55,486 nucleotides of DNA, taken from a bacterium (GTDB taxonomy: Bacteria; Patescibacteriota; Minisyncoccia; Phycocordibacterales; GWA1-40-21). The notes under the pieces are model-generated. The model saw only the letters and a program-made list of their open reading frames with translations, searched no databases and was not told where the DNA came from. Both the position numbers and the translations under genes were made by a program. This document shows, piece by piece, positions 42,477 through 51,046 of the stretch (the first letter of the stretch is position 1; each line of letters begins with the position of its first letter). Location of the stretch: the NCBI GenBank assembly GCA_041308645.1, contig JBFZBC010000013.1:1-55486 (forward strand). Direction: 5' to 3'.

Positions 42477-44006
42477 TTAACGGTGTTTTGGTGTTACCCA
42501 AAAACCCATATACCTACCAAACATTAACCTAGTTTGGGCATCCAAGGCTGGGATAGCTCCAAAGATTGTAACTGTTAATGGTACAAAAATCCACTGAACT
42601 ATCATAAAGATATTCTGCTTCCAAGATATTCCATCTGGCCGTGGTGGTAAAAATGAAATAGAAATAGCTGCTGAAGTGACCAAGCCAAACATGGCTAAAA
42701 TCATTAAATTTCTGGTGAGAATTGGTAAATTGTAAGACAAAACAGTGCTTTGAAAATGTCCCCCACCAATTATGATGGGCAACCAGCCGAGTAAAAAAAT
42801 CATTATAGGATTTGTAGCCCAAGACCAAAATCCTTCAATTAAGATAAAAGTAAATCTGAACTTTTTATAAAAAGGGATTTTTTTGTTTTTTATAAAACCA
42901 AACAAAGCATACGGCATATTCTCCACTCCCCACGCCCACCGCCTTTGCTGTTTATAAATACTCTTTATTGTCTGCCAGAGATTGTAATCAAGATTGGCAT
43001 CCATAGAAATAGGGTAAGACATTGGCACCACTTGATAATCACCATTACGCACTAAAAATGAGTTCCAAAAAATACGCGAATCCTCAGACACCATATTTTT
43101 TTGCCAATAACCCATTTCAAACAGATTTTTAAAACAAAGAGAGTGAGAGGAAAAAGTGGAAAGCCTCTCCGGACGCTCCTGTTGGATCATTTGCCAAAAA
43201 GTACCAGAAACGGCCACTACCCGTGACAGAGCTGGAGCTTGCCAAATATTGTTATGATAAAAAGGCACTGGCTGGAAAGATGATTTGAATGGTTCCTCAG
43301 CTGTTAAAAAATTCCAAGTTAAGCATTCAAAATACTGCGGATAAATAACTGTATCTATATCAAAAGCGGAGACCAAAACATCTTCATATTTTATTTGATT
43401 TTTATCTAAAATTTTTCGTCTTGCCTGTTCGGCGGCATATGCAATATTTGAACCCTTACCTCCCATCTCCCCTGATAAGCCACTAGGATGCCTAGTAATT
43501 AAAAAATGCCCAAACTGTGTTGCATAATATTGACGCATCTTCTCAGCTATTTCAATGGCCATCTGGCCAGCCCTCTCTTCAATGGCTAAAATAACAATAA
43601 ACTTTTTCTTGTCATATTTTGAAGAAACCAAAGAATCTAAACTGTAGCGAATCACTAATTCACTTTCATTATAAAAAGGTAAAAGAACCATTTGATGAAT
43701 ATGATCATATTTTAAATTAACAAGCATCTTTCTCCAATCCAAATTCATATTGTGCTTCATCTTTTTCCAATTTTGCCTCAGATGGATAGATAAATAAACT
43801 GTCTTTAAAAGCCAATAAAGATCAAAAACAATGATAAAAATTGCCGCCCAAAAGGGCAAAAAATATGAAATGATAATTGTACCCAAAATTGTTGTCCAGG
43901 ATAAAAACCCCGGCAATATTTCCAGTAACCGATAAATCAGCCAGTCTGTTCCCTGCAAATCTGTCGCCCGCCCTACTCTATAATATGGCGTGTTTTTATA
44001 CTCCAT
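42477..44006 (-). CDS. Processive membrane family-2 glycosyltransferase (cellulose/chitin-synthase-like)
   Basis: QQRRWAWG is the Q(Q/R)xRW motif. SAFDIDT and SEDSRIFW are the D and ED motifs. N- and C-terminal TM bundles are present. Confidence 0.8.
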   Translation of the reverse strand: MEYKNTPYYRVGRATDLQGTDWLIYRLLEILPGFLSWTTILGTIIISYFLPFWAAIFIIVFDLYWLLKTVYLSIHLRQNWKKMKHNMNLDWRKMLVNLKYDHIHQMVLLPFYNESELVIRYSLDSLVSSKYDKKKFIVILAIEERAGQMAIEIAEKMRQYYATQFGHFLITRHPSGLSGEMGGKGSNIAYAAEQARRKILDKNQIKYEDVLVSAFDIDTVIYPQYFECLTWNFLTAEEPFKSSFQPVPFYHNNIWQAPALSRVVAVSGTFWQMIQQERPERLSTFSSHSLCFKNLFEMGYWQKNMVSEDSRIFWNSFLVRNGDYQVVPMSYPISMDANLDYNLWQTIKSIYKQQRRWAWGVENMPYALFGFIKNKKIPFYKKFRFTFILIEGFWSWATNPIMIFLLGWLPIIIGGGHFQSTVLSYNLPILTRNLMILAMFGLVTSAAISISFLPPRPDGISWKQNIFMIVQWIFVPLTVTIFGAIPALDAQTRLMFGRYMGFWVTPKHR

Positions 44007-44129
44007 TTGTGCTTAATATTACGCATTTTTGCCAAAAAAACAAGGTAAAATTGTTTCTTCATAGACCAATCATATTAAAAAATAGATAAAATAACAATCA
44101 ATTTTTTCCATTAATTTAATAACGTGTAC

Positions 44130-44279
44130 AGAATAATACAAGAAAATATCCTACTTCACAGACAAGGGAATCTCCACATAGAAAGTGGTACCTTGACCAC
44201 GACCTGCTGATTCGGCCCAGACCTTACCACCATGACCTTCTACTATCTTCTTTACAATATATAAGCCATAACCGGTACT
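44130..44279 (-). pseudogene. Orphan duplicate of the histidine kinase 3' end (direct repeat copy A)
   Basis: 147/150 identical to 44989-45138. It still encodes the same 42 aa (STGYGLYIVKKIVEGHGGKVWAESAGRGQGTTFYVEIPLSVK) plus the stop, but has no upstream kinase body. Confidence 0.9.
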
Positions 44280-44343
44280 AGTCACTTCTACGACTACCTC
44301 AACAAAAACTACCGTTAACAATTAAAAAAAATAATCCACTGTA

Positions 44344-44892
44344 TTAAAAAGTCGCAAATTTATTTACTAAGACAGATGATGACTGCGTTTTTTGATTCTT
44401 TAAGATCAAATCAGAATATGAAAAAGGAACAACTTTTTCTGAATCAATCTTTAATAATTTTAATACTTCATTAAACTCTATAAGGCCTTTTTGTTTAGAA
44501 ATATTTTTAATAACTGTTTCTAATTCTAAAAAATTTCCCAATCTCATAACCTTATCTAAATGAATTCTTGTATTTTTATATATCCACAATTTTCTTAATT
44601 TATCCACAATACACAAAACTTTCTTTTGTTTTAACAAATCTTTTTTTTCTTTTTTGCTAATTTCTTGAATCTCATACTTCGACTCTTTCCGACCAAGGAT
44701 CTCATCCCGGCTGTAAGATATTTTCTGTATCTCTTTTCCATTAATCTCTCTAATTTTTTCTTTATAAATTCCTAGACTAAGGTAATAATCAGTTTGATGC
44801 ATATCATACTTGTACACAGCTTGAGTTTTTTCTATGATATTTATAATACCATCAATATCCTGTATTTTTACCTTTATCTCAAAATTTTTCAT
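44344..44892 (-). CDS. CYTH-domain protein (class IV adenylate cyclase CyaB / triphosphatase family)
   Basis: N-terminal FEIKVKI is an ExExK-type motif. QTDYYL, then KLRKLWIYKNTRIHLDKVMRLGNFLELE, with a C-terminal FSYSDLI. The order parallels CyaB. Confidence 0.72.
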   Translation of the reverse strand: MKNFEIKVKIQDIDGIINIIEKTQAVYKYDMHQTDYYLSLGIYKEKIREINGKEIQKISYSRDEILGRKESKYEIQEISKKEKKDLLKQKKVLCIVDKLRKLWIYKNTRIHLDKVMRLGNFLELETVIKNISKQKGLIEFNEVLKLLKIDSEKVVPFSYSDLILKNQKTQSSSVLVNKFATF

Positions 44893-44988
44893 AATTTACT
44901 ACCCTTAAAAAAATCAATTCCTTGTGCTGCTCCTGTAAAAAAGGCTTTGCCGTGTTTCTCTACAAGATCCTTCAAGTCTAGAATAAAT

Positions 44989-45138
44989 AGAATAATACAA
45001 GAAAATATTCTACTTCACAGACAAGGGAATCTCCACGTAGAACGTGGTACCTTGACCACGACCTGCTGATTCGGCCCAGACCTTACCACCATGACCTTCT
45101 ACTATCTTCTTTACAATATATAAGCCATAACCGGTACT
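44989..45138 (-). repeat. Direct repeat copy B (authentic 3' end of the histidine kinase gene plus 21 nt)
   Basis: See 44130-44279; the offset is exactly 859 bp. Confidence 0.9.
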
Positions 45139-46611
45139 TTGAACATTTACTCTCAATGATTCTTCACCTCTTCCTCCCTCTTTAAATAGTTTTCCTTTAT
45201 CATCCTCAGATAAACCTATTCCACTGTCTATTATAGAAAAAGATATTTTCTTTCCATTAGTTTTAAGATTTACTTTTACAAAACCGGAAATTGTGTATTT
45301 TATAGAATTATCAATCAGATTTTTTATTACTTGAGTCAAGTGTAATTTATCAATCTTAACAAAGATCTTTTCTTGTGGCAGATTTATTTCTAGATTAAGA
45401 CCTTTCTTCACGGCATTATCTTTAAACATTTCAGCTATCCCTCTCACAAATTCAGTAAAATCCGTTTCTTCAAAATTATATGTCATCTTACCACTTCTTA
45501 AGCTTGAAGCATGAAGAATTTCTTGGACCATGGCCACCGCCTGATTATCAGAGTCCATCCCTTGCTCCACAATCTCCTTAACTGGACCTGATACTTCACC
45601 CACATCCCCTTCTAAAATGGAAGAAAAAACCATCTTTGACTTAGTAAAGAAACCTTTAACTTGATGAGTGATAAAGCGGATCAAAAGTTGTTGATTATTA
45701 TTGGCAATTTCAAGTTCCTCCCGTAAGGCCACCTCCTTTTTCACACTTCGAATAATGATAAGTCCCAACCAACCAGAAATAACCAAAGTAATAGCGGTCA
45801 AAATTCTATTCACATTACTCTGGATAAAGAAAAACTGTGCCCCAATAAGTATCAGTAACGCCCACACAAGTGCCTGTGTCGCCAGTAATTTAATATCAAA
45901 GGTTTTAAACCGTACAATCATATAAGCTAGGAAAGCCATAAATATGACCATCCCAAATAAACCGTAGAATTCAATATTATAATTTTCTAAATAACTGGCA
46001 ATATACCCAAGAGAAAGAAACAATAATAAGAATAATTCCAAACCAATAGCCATAAAAATAGCCTCTTTTTTTGTTATATTTATTTTTTTCCACCAACTGG
46101 ATATTAATAACCCTAAAATACCAGTCATCGCCAGCCCACCAACAATATAATAATAAGTAACCAAATAAATATTATTGATTGCTTCACAATTAACTAGGTC
46201 AAAATATTTAATATTTAAAATTGTTGGTGTTAATATTAGAATTGGTAACAAAGGAGAAAAGATTAGTATTTTCTTAATTAGATTTAAATCTCTTTGAAAC
46301 ATGAAGACATAAAAAAAGTAAAGAGTAAGTATCGCTATTAATGCTGTCAAAAGCGGAAAAAACGCCCAAACAAAAGAAATAATCAAGGAGGTGTCATTTA
46401 CCCAAGCAATTAAATTAAAAAATACCCAAACTGAGAAAAAAACAGAGATAAATAGTAATATTTTACTAACTAGATTCTTACTTTTTACGTAGACAAATAA
46501 TCCTAAAATCAGTGCGATCAATACTGCTGGAATATGAGTATAATAAAGCAATCTCGGTGCTTCACTCGTAATTATTAAGTATGTAGGATGCCAAGATTCT
46601 ATACAATACAT
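45010..46611 (-). CDS. Sensor histidine kinase with N-terminal multi-TM sensor; no response regulator nearby
   Basis: About 8 TM helices, then a DHp (RFITHQVKGFF). The HATPase_c N, G1 and G2 boxes are NLIDNSIKYT, DSGIGL and STGYGLYIVKKIVEGHGG. Confidence 0.9.
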   Translation of the reverse strand: MYCIESWHPTYLIITSEAPRLLYYTHIPAVLIALILGLFVYVKSKNLVSKILLFISVFFSVWVFFNLIAWVNDTSLIISFVWAFFPLLTALIAILTLYFFYVFMFQRDLNLIKKILIFSPLLPILILTPTILNIKYFDLVNCEAINNIYLVTYYYIVGGLAMTGILGLLISSWWKKINITKKEAIFMAIGLELFLLLFLSLGYIASYLENYNIEFYGLFGMVIFMAFLAYMIVRFKTFDIKLLATQALVWALLILIGAQFFFIQSNVNRILTAITLVISGWLGLIIIRSVKKEVALREELEIANNNQQLLIRFITHQVKGFFTKSKMVFSSILEGDVGEVSGPVKEIVEQGMDSDNQAVAMVQEILHASSLRSGKMTYNFEETDFTEFVRGIAEMFKDNAVKKGLNLEINLPQEKIFVKIDKLHLTQVIKNLIDNSIKYTISGFVKVNLKTNGKKISFSIIDSGIGLSEDDKGKLFKEGGRGEESLRVNVQSTGYGLYIVKKIVEGHGGKVWAESAGRGQGTTFYVEIPLSVK

Positions 46612-46614
46612 ATT

Positions 46615-47313
46615 TTATTTAATTATAATTGGTACAAGCATGGTGTCAACCTTCCAATACTCACAATTTTTAGGGGGTGATACCTTACACACACCACAAT
46701 TAATGTTTTCATTTTTAAAACCACTTTCTTTTAGCTTTTCCAAATGAACCTTACCAAACTTTTTTATTTCATCAGAGTAATAAGTAAATACGCCACCCTT
46801 TTTTAATTTTTTATAAGCAAACGGAAAAAAGAAAAAATGATTTTGATAAAGCTCCTTGTCGCTTAATGGGTATGTATCAAAAAGAATACCGTCTAACGAT
46901 CCATTAGGTATTTTATTTATCATCTCTTCCCAAAAACCCTCAAAAACCTGGACTTTATGTTTAGCTTTTTTTCCAAATTCTCTAGCTCTTTTTGCGACTT
47001 CTCTATTTGCTTCTATTATTATATGTTTTTTTATATCTTCTTTTTGAATAAATTTAGCTGATATTGCCATACCAAAACCAAGTTCAAGAATAATCCCCCC
47101 TTTTGAACATGCAATCTTTGCTAACTCCTTCATATATGGAGTTTCCCAATCTTCCATTACAGCGCAACCAAAAATTTTAAGATCATGCTTAGTAAATTTT
47201 GCTGGAGCTTTTAACCACTCAGATTTTTTAAAATCAATTTCCCCACTGTTTGATTTTTTGTATTTTTTTTCCCAATCAGGAATTTGTGATAAAAATTTTT
47301 TTGTTTTCTTCAT
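46615..47313 (-). CDS. Guanidinoacetate N-methyltransferase (GAMT/RMT2)-family SAM methyltransferase
   Basis: VMEDWETPYMKELAKIACSKGGIILELGFGMAISA, HKVQVFEGFWEE, DGILFDTYPLS, LKKGGVFTY and SGFKNENI are collinear with vertebrate GAMT as I recall it. Start at ATG 47313. Confidence 0.78.
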   Translation of the reverse strand: MKKTKKFLSQIPDWEKKYKKSNSGEIDFKKSEWLKAPAKFTKHDLKIFGCAVMEDWETPYMKELAKIACSKGGIILELGFGMAISAKFIQKEDIKKHIIIEANREVAKRAREFGKKAKHKVQVFEGFWEEMINKIPNGSLDGILFDTYPLSDKELYQNHFFFFPFAYKKLKKGGVFTYYSDEIKKFGKVHLEKLKESGFKNENINCGVCKVSPPKNCEYWKVDTMLVPIIIK

Positions 47314-47319
47314 TTTCCT

Positions 47320-47328
47320 ATTATACCA
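47320..47328 (-). promoter_or_regulatory. Extended -10 (TGGTATAAT) plus 6 nt plus ATG for the GAMT-like gene
   Basis: The minus strand reads TGGTATAAT-AGGAAA-ATG(47313). Confidence 0.55.
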
Positions 47329-47448
47329 CCCAAAAGTTAAATGACAATCAAAATTCCTCATCTAAAATAAACCAACAAAATAATATGACGGTTATTTCCA
47401 GTGGTATTTACAGGAGAAAATTAATAAATTAAAAAAGAGGAAGTAAAA

Positions 47449-48702
47449 TTAAAAATCCCCAATACCAGCTAGGAGTAGCCTTTTATCAGCTAAATATTTT
47501 TTAATAAAAGAATTTACATCATCAACGGAAATTAGCTTTAATATATCAACATATTGATCTATTAAAATTGGTTTGGACTCGCTGGTAAGCCTTTTCATCA
47601 TAAACGTTTCAACCCAATAACCAGCCGTCTCTGACTGAAATCTAATATCTCTAATAATATTTTTCTTAGCAAATTCAAGCTCAAGCTCACTAACTCCAGT
47701 AGAAATTATTTTTGATAATTCATCTTTAATTATTCCTATAACCACCTTTGTATTAGCCACCTTACAATTGGTATTTATTGAGAATCCAGAATATTCTGAG
47801 TTAATAAATAAATTCGAGTTTACACCATAAACCAACCCTTTCTTACTTCTAAGCGCTTTATATAATCTTGAAGTATTATTTTGGCCAAAAATAGTGTTAA
47901 AAATATTTGCTGGCACTATATCTTTTTTATCTCCTATCGTATTTATTCTAGTACCTAAAAATAAATAATTTTGCTCACTATTAGATGATTTTTTAGTTAA
48001 TTCCTTTTTTTCATCAAAAATGGGCGTAACATTGTTTAGGATATCTATAGGCCTTCTTGATTTATTTATCTGATTTAATGAATCAATAACCGTCTTCTTA
48101 TTAAAATCTCCAGAAATAAAGTATGCAACTTGCCCATTTATTAGATATTTATCACGGTAATCTATTAAATCCTGTCGTGTAATTGCTCTTACACTCTCAT
48201 CAAATCCTAAAACAGGATTTTCAATATTTGTGCCCTGAAAAAGCAATGAGAATGATAGATCATAAATATGCTGGGCGGGATTTGAGATTTTTCTTGTTTG
48301 TTCAGCAAGAATTACCTTTCTCTCCATATTCACACTGTCCTGAGTAAAAAGTGAATGATTTAGTAATTGATCCACAACTTCAAACATTGCCGACGAATCT
48401 GCTTTATCAGCTAAATCAATAGTGAACCATAAATTTTTATAGTAAGTATAGGCGTTTTTTCTCCCACTTATTTCCTGAACCCTTTGATTAATAATATCTT
48501 TTGTTGGATACTTTTCTGTTCCTGAAGCAAAAAGATGTTCACAAAAATGAGCTAGACCTGGTTTATCTCCGTCAAATTGGGAACCGGCATAAAAATAAAC
48601 TCTAAAATATATAGGAGAATTCGGTTTGTAAAAAGAATAGAGTTTTACATTATTTACCAAAGGGGTTTCTTCAAACTCTACCCCAAAATTTTCTAATTTC
48701 AT
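47449..48702 (-). CDS. M16-family (pitrilysin/insulinase-like) zinc peptidase
   Basis: The inverted zincin motif HFCEHLFASGT (HxxEH) is near the N-terminus. 417 aa with a two-lobed M16 layout. Confidence 0.85.
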   Translation of the reverse strand: MKLENFGVEFEETPLVNNVKLYSFYKPNSPIYFRVYFYAGSQFDGDKPGLAHFCEHLFASGTEKYPTKDIINQRVQEISGRKNAYTYYKNLWFTIDLADKADSSAMFEVVDQLLNHSLFTQDSVNMERKVILAEQTRKISNPAQHIYDLSFSLLFQGTNIENPVLGFDESVRAITRQDLIDYRDKYLINGQVAYFISGDFNKKTVIDSLNQINKSRRPIDILNNVTPIFDEKKELTKKSSNSEQNYLFLGTRINTIGDKKDIVPANIFNTIFGQNNTSRLYKALRSKKGLVYGVNSNLFINSEYSGFSINTNCKVANTKVVIGIIKDELSKIISTGVSELELEFAKKNIIRDIRFQSETAGYWVETFMMKRLTSESKPILIDQYVDILKLISVDDVNSFIKKYLADKRLLLAGIGDF

Positions 48703-48768
48703 ATATCATAGTAATGATAACATGAATACTTATTAAATAAAAATATTTTAATTATATTTAATATTATA

Positions 48769-48798
48769 CCCCTCATTACAATTTCTTGTAATGAGGGG
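48769..48798. promoter_or_regulatory. 30-bp palindrome abutting the putative -10 of the M16 peptidase gene
   Basis: CCCCTCATTACAA-tttc-TTGTAATGAGGGG: 13-bp arms. On the minus strand it is followed immediately by TATAAT (48763-48768). Confidence 0.45.
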
Positions 48799-49009
48799 TA
48801 AGGTTGTACAAATATCGTTAGACTCAATCTGGGCAGTCGCTACCACCGCCATCGTCATCACCGTCTCCGGGGGAGGGGCAAAAGTCAAACCAGGTCAAAT
48901 TTAATCATTTTTATTTTTTTAAACACAAAACCCCTATTTACTATATTTTTTTAGGATTTAGACTTAAAAAGTTGTCTTAGGGACAATAGTATATTATACT
49001 TTATAAGTA

Positions 49010-50311
49010 ATGAACATCTTATTTATTTCAAGTGAGTGTATTGCTGGAAATCTGGCTATTTTACTTAAAAATGAAGGTCATATTGTCAAGCTTTTTATTA
49101 AAAATAAGGATCATCGCCAGGACTTTGATAATTTAGTGGAAAAAGTCACTAATTGGAAAAAGGAATTAAAGTGGGTCGGTAAGGATGGATTAATTATTTT
49201 TGATGATGTGGGTTGGGGAAAAACACAGGATAATTTACGTAAAAAGGGTTATAAAGTCTTTGGTGGTTGTGAATTGGGTGATAAAATGGAGCAAAAAAGA
49301 GAATTTGGTCAGAAAATATTTAAGGAATGTGGTTTGAGGACGGTAGAGCTCAAAGATTTTGATGATATTGAGGAAGCTATCTTTTTTATTAAAAATAATC
49401 CTAAAAAATGGGTGGTAAAATGTAATGATCACTCCAATAAATTTTTAACCTACATTGGTGAATTTTCATGTGGTAAGGATGCGGTGAGTGTTTTAAAAAA
49501 TTATTTTAATAATAGATATATAAATAGAGAGAAAATTACTTTGCATGAGAGAATTGATGGTATAGAGATGGGCGTTGGGAGATATTTCAATGGTTCAGAC
49601 TGGGTAGGACCTATTGAGATAAATTTTGAGCATACAAAAATGTTCCCCGGTGATGTAGGCCCAGTAACCAGTGAAATGGGTACACTTGCTTGGTATGATA
49701 GTGATGAGAAAAATAAACTGTTTGTTGAGGTTTTAAATAAATTAAAACCCTATCTTCAGTCAATTAATTTTCGGGGTGATTTTGAAATAAATTGTATAGT
49801 AAATGAAAAAGGGGCTTATCCACTTGAGGTAACAGCTAGAATGGGGACACCGATTGTCCACCTTCATAGTGAATTACATAAATCTCCTTGGGGTGAGTTT
49901 TTATATGCAATTGCCTCAGGTAAAAAGTATGATTTAAAATATAAAAAAGGATATGGCATTGTGAATTTAATTGCTACTCCACCATTTCCTTATGGTAAAA
50001 AACATAGTAAGGAGACATTATATGGAGTGAATGTTTATTTTGATAATCTTAATAATAAGGAATTGCAAAGTTTACATTTTGAGGGAGTATCAGTGAGGGT
50101 GGGAAAAGATAGCGGTCAATATTTTATATCAACTGATGATGGTTATATTGCTTATACCACAGCAGTGGCAGATAAGGTTGAAAAAGCCCGTATGGCTAGT
50201 CTGGAAATTATAAAAAAAATTGTTATACCCAAAGCTTTTTATAGAAATGATATTGGTAAAGAGTTTGAACAACAAATTCCAGCTTTAAAAAAGTGGGGGT
50301 ATATTAAATAA
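49010..50311 (+). CDS. ATP-grasp enzyme, PurD (glycinamide ribonucleotide synthetase)-like
   Basis: 433 aa with PurD-like N/ATP-grasp/C domain order. GDVGPVTSEMGT occupies the position of the PurD GPNTGGMG loop. No other pur genes are in the window. Confidence 0.6.
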   Translation: MNILFISSECIAGNLAILLKNEGHIVKLFIKNKDHRQDFDNLVEKVTNWKKELKWVGKDGLIIFDDVGWGKTQDNLRKKGYKVFGGCELGDKMEQKREFGQKIFKECGLRTVELKDFDDIEEAIFFIKNNPKKWVVKCNDHSNKFLTYIGEFSCGKDAVSVLKNYFNNRYINREKITLHERIDGIEMGVGRYFNGSDWVGPIEINFEHTKMFPGDVGPVTSEMGTLAWYDSDEKNKLFVEVLNKLKPYLQSINFRGDFEINCIVNEKGAYPLEVTARMGTPIVHLHSELHKSPWGEFLYAIASGKKYDLKYKKGYGIVNLIATPPFPYGKKHSKETLYGVNVYFDNLNNKELQSLHFEGVSVRVGKDSGQYFISTDDGYIAYTTAVADKVEKARMASLEIIKKIVIPKAFYRNDIGKEFEQQIPALKKWGYIK

Positions 50312-50325
50312 ATAAGTAAAAGAAA

Positions 50326-50354
50326 ACCGCCTCTGGGATTATCCATGAGGCGGT
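50326..50354. terminator. Bidirectional terminator between convergent genes
   Basis: ACCGCCTC-13 nt-GAGGCGGT with flanking A and T runs. Confidence 0.7.
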
Positions 50355-50376
50355 GTTTTAAAAAGGTTTTGTTCAC

Positions 50377-50991
50377 TTAGGCAATTTGATTTGCCTGTTT
50401 TTCTTGCTTCCCGCTAAACTTGCCGATAATAAAACCAGCAATTGCGAGAATAATAAGTGCTGAACTCAGAATTGTAATTGCAACACCAAGCTTTGCCCCC
50501 ATTGTTTCAAGAATCCTTACTCCTGACCAACAAACTGTTGCCCAGAAAAGGTTGCTTATAAGCAGTGCGATGAAGAAGTTTTTCCAATCCTTCTTTGTCA
50601 TCTTACCGTACTCATGTGCGCCTTCACGCAGGAATATCGTTACAATAAACGGATCCTGTGCGACGGACAGAATAACAAGCTGTACCAACTGGCTTTTCTT
50701 GAAGAATCGAGCGATTATACGATTCGCTTTAGAATTCTCAAGTTCACGTGCCTCTTTTAGAGTCTCAATTCCTATCCAATCTTTACTAGACCAGTCATAG
50801 AATTTAAGAGTCAGAAGACAAATGAGTGCTGACAGGAAAAGCATAATTATCAGTCCGATAATGAATCCTTGTGTACCCATTACCCAAGGATACAGAACAC
50901 TGTCAAATCCCTGAATGGTTACTTGATTGGCGGTGAGGCCAATAAGCATAATACCAATCCGCTTCTTCCAAGAAACTTTAGATGTAGCCAT
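50377..50991 (-). CDS. Polytopic membrane protein (hypothetical), SD-led, GC-richer
   Basis: AAAGGAGG SD lies 7 nt before the ATG. 204 aa with 4-5 TM. Confidence 0.7.
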   Translation of the reverse strand: MATSKVSWKKRIGIMLIGLTANQVTIQGFDSVLYPWVMGTQGFIIGLIIMLFLSALICLLTLKFYDWSSKDWIGIETLKEARELENSKANRIIARFFKKSQLVQLVILSVAQDPFIVTIFLREGAHEYGKMTKKDWKNFFIALLISNLFWATVCWSGVRILETMGAKLGVAITILSSALIILAIAGFIIGKFSGKQEKQANQIA

Positions 50992-51032
50992 TTAAGGCCT
51001 CCTTTCTTTTTTTTATTTTAAGGAACTTCTAC

Positions 51033-51046
51033 CTAGGACATCCTAG
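51033..51046. promoter_or_regulatory. Operator-like palindrome CTAGGA-ca-TCCTAG just downstream of a TATAAT box
   Basis: The minus-strand TATAAT is at 51056-51061. The palindrome falls at about +3 to +16 of the predicted transcript of 50377..50991. Confidence 0.4.

Noticed and set aside
44130-45138. The 150-bp repeat pair as a diversity-generating retroelement (VR at a gene's 3' end plus TR).
   Set aside because: No reverse transcriptase lies nearby. There are only three mismatches, and on the coding strand they are G/T, C/T and A/G rather than confined to adenines of one copy. Two are synonymous, the opposite of DGR hypervariation.
48760-48856. A third reading of the GC island: minus-strand ATG ORF MTMAVVATAQIESNDICTTLPLITRNCNEGYNIKYN.
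   Set aside because: This frame has G-dominated third positions, unlike the genome's codon usage. It also reads straight through the 30-bp palindrome and the -10 box, so it is less plausible than the two codon-aligned readings reported.
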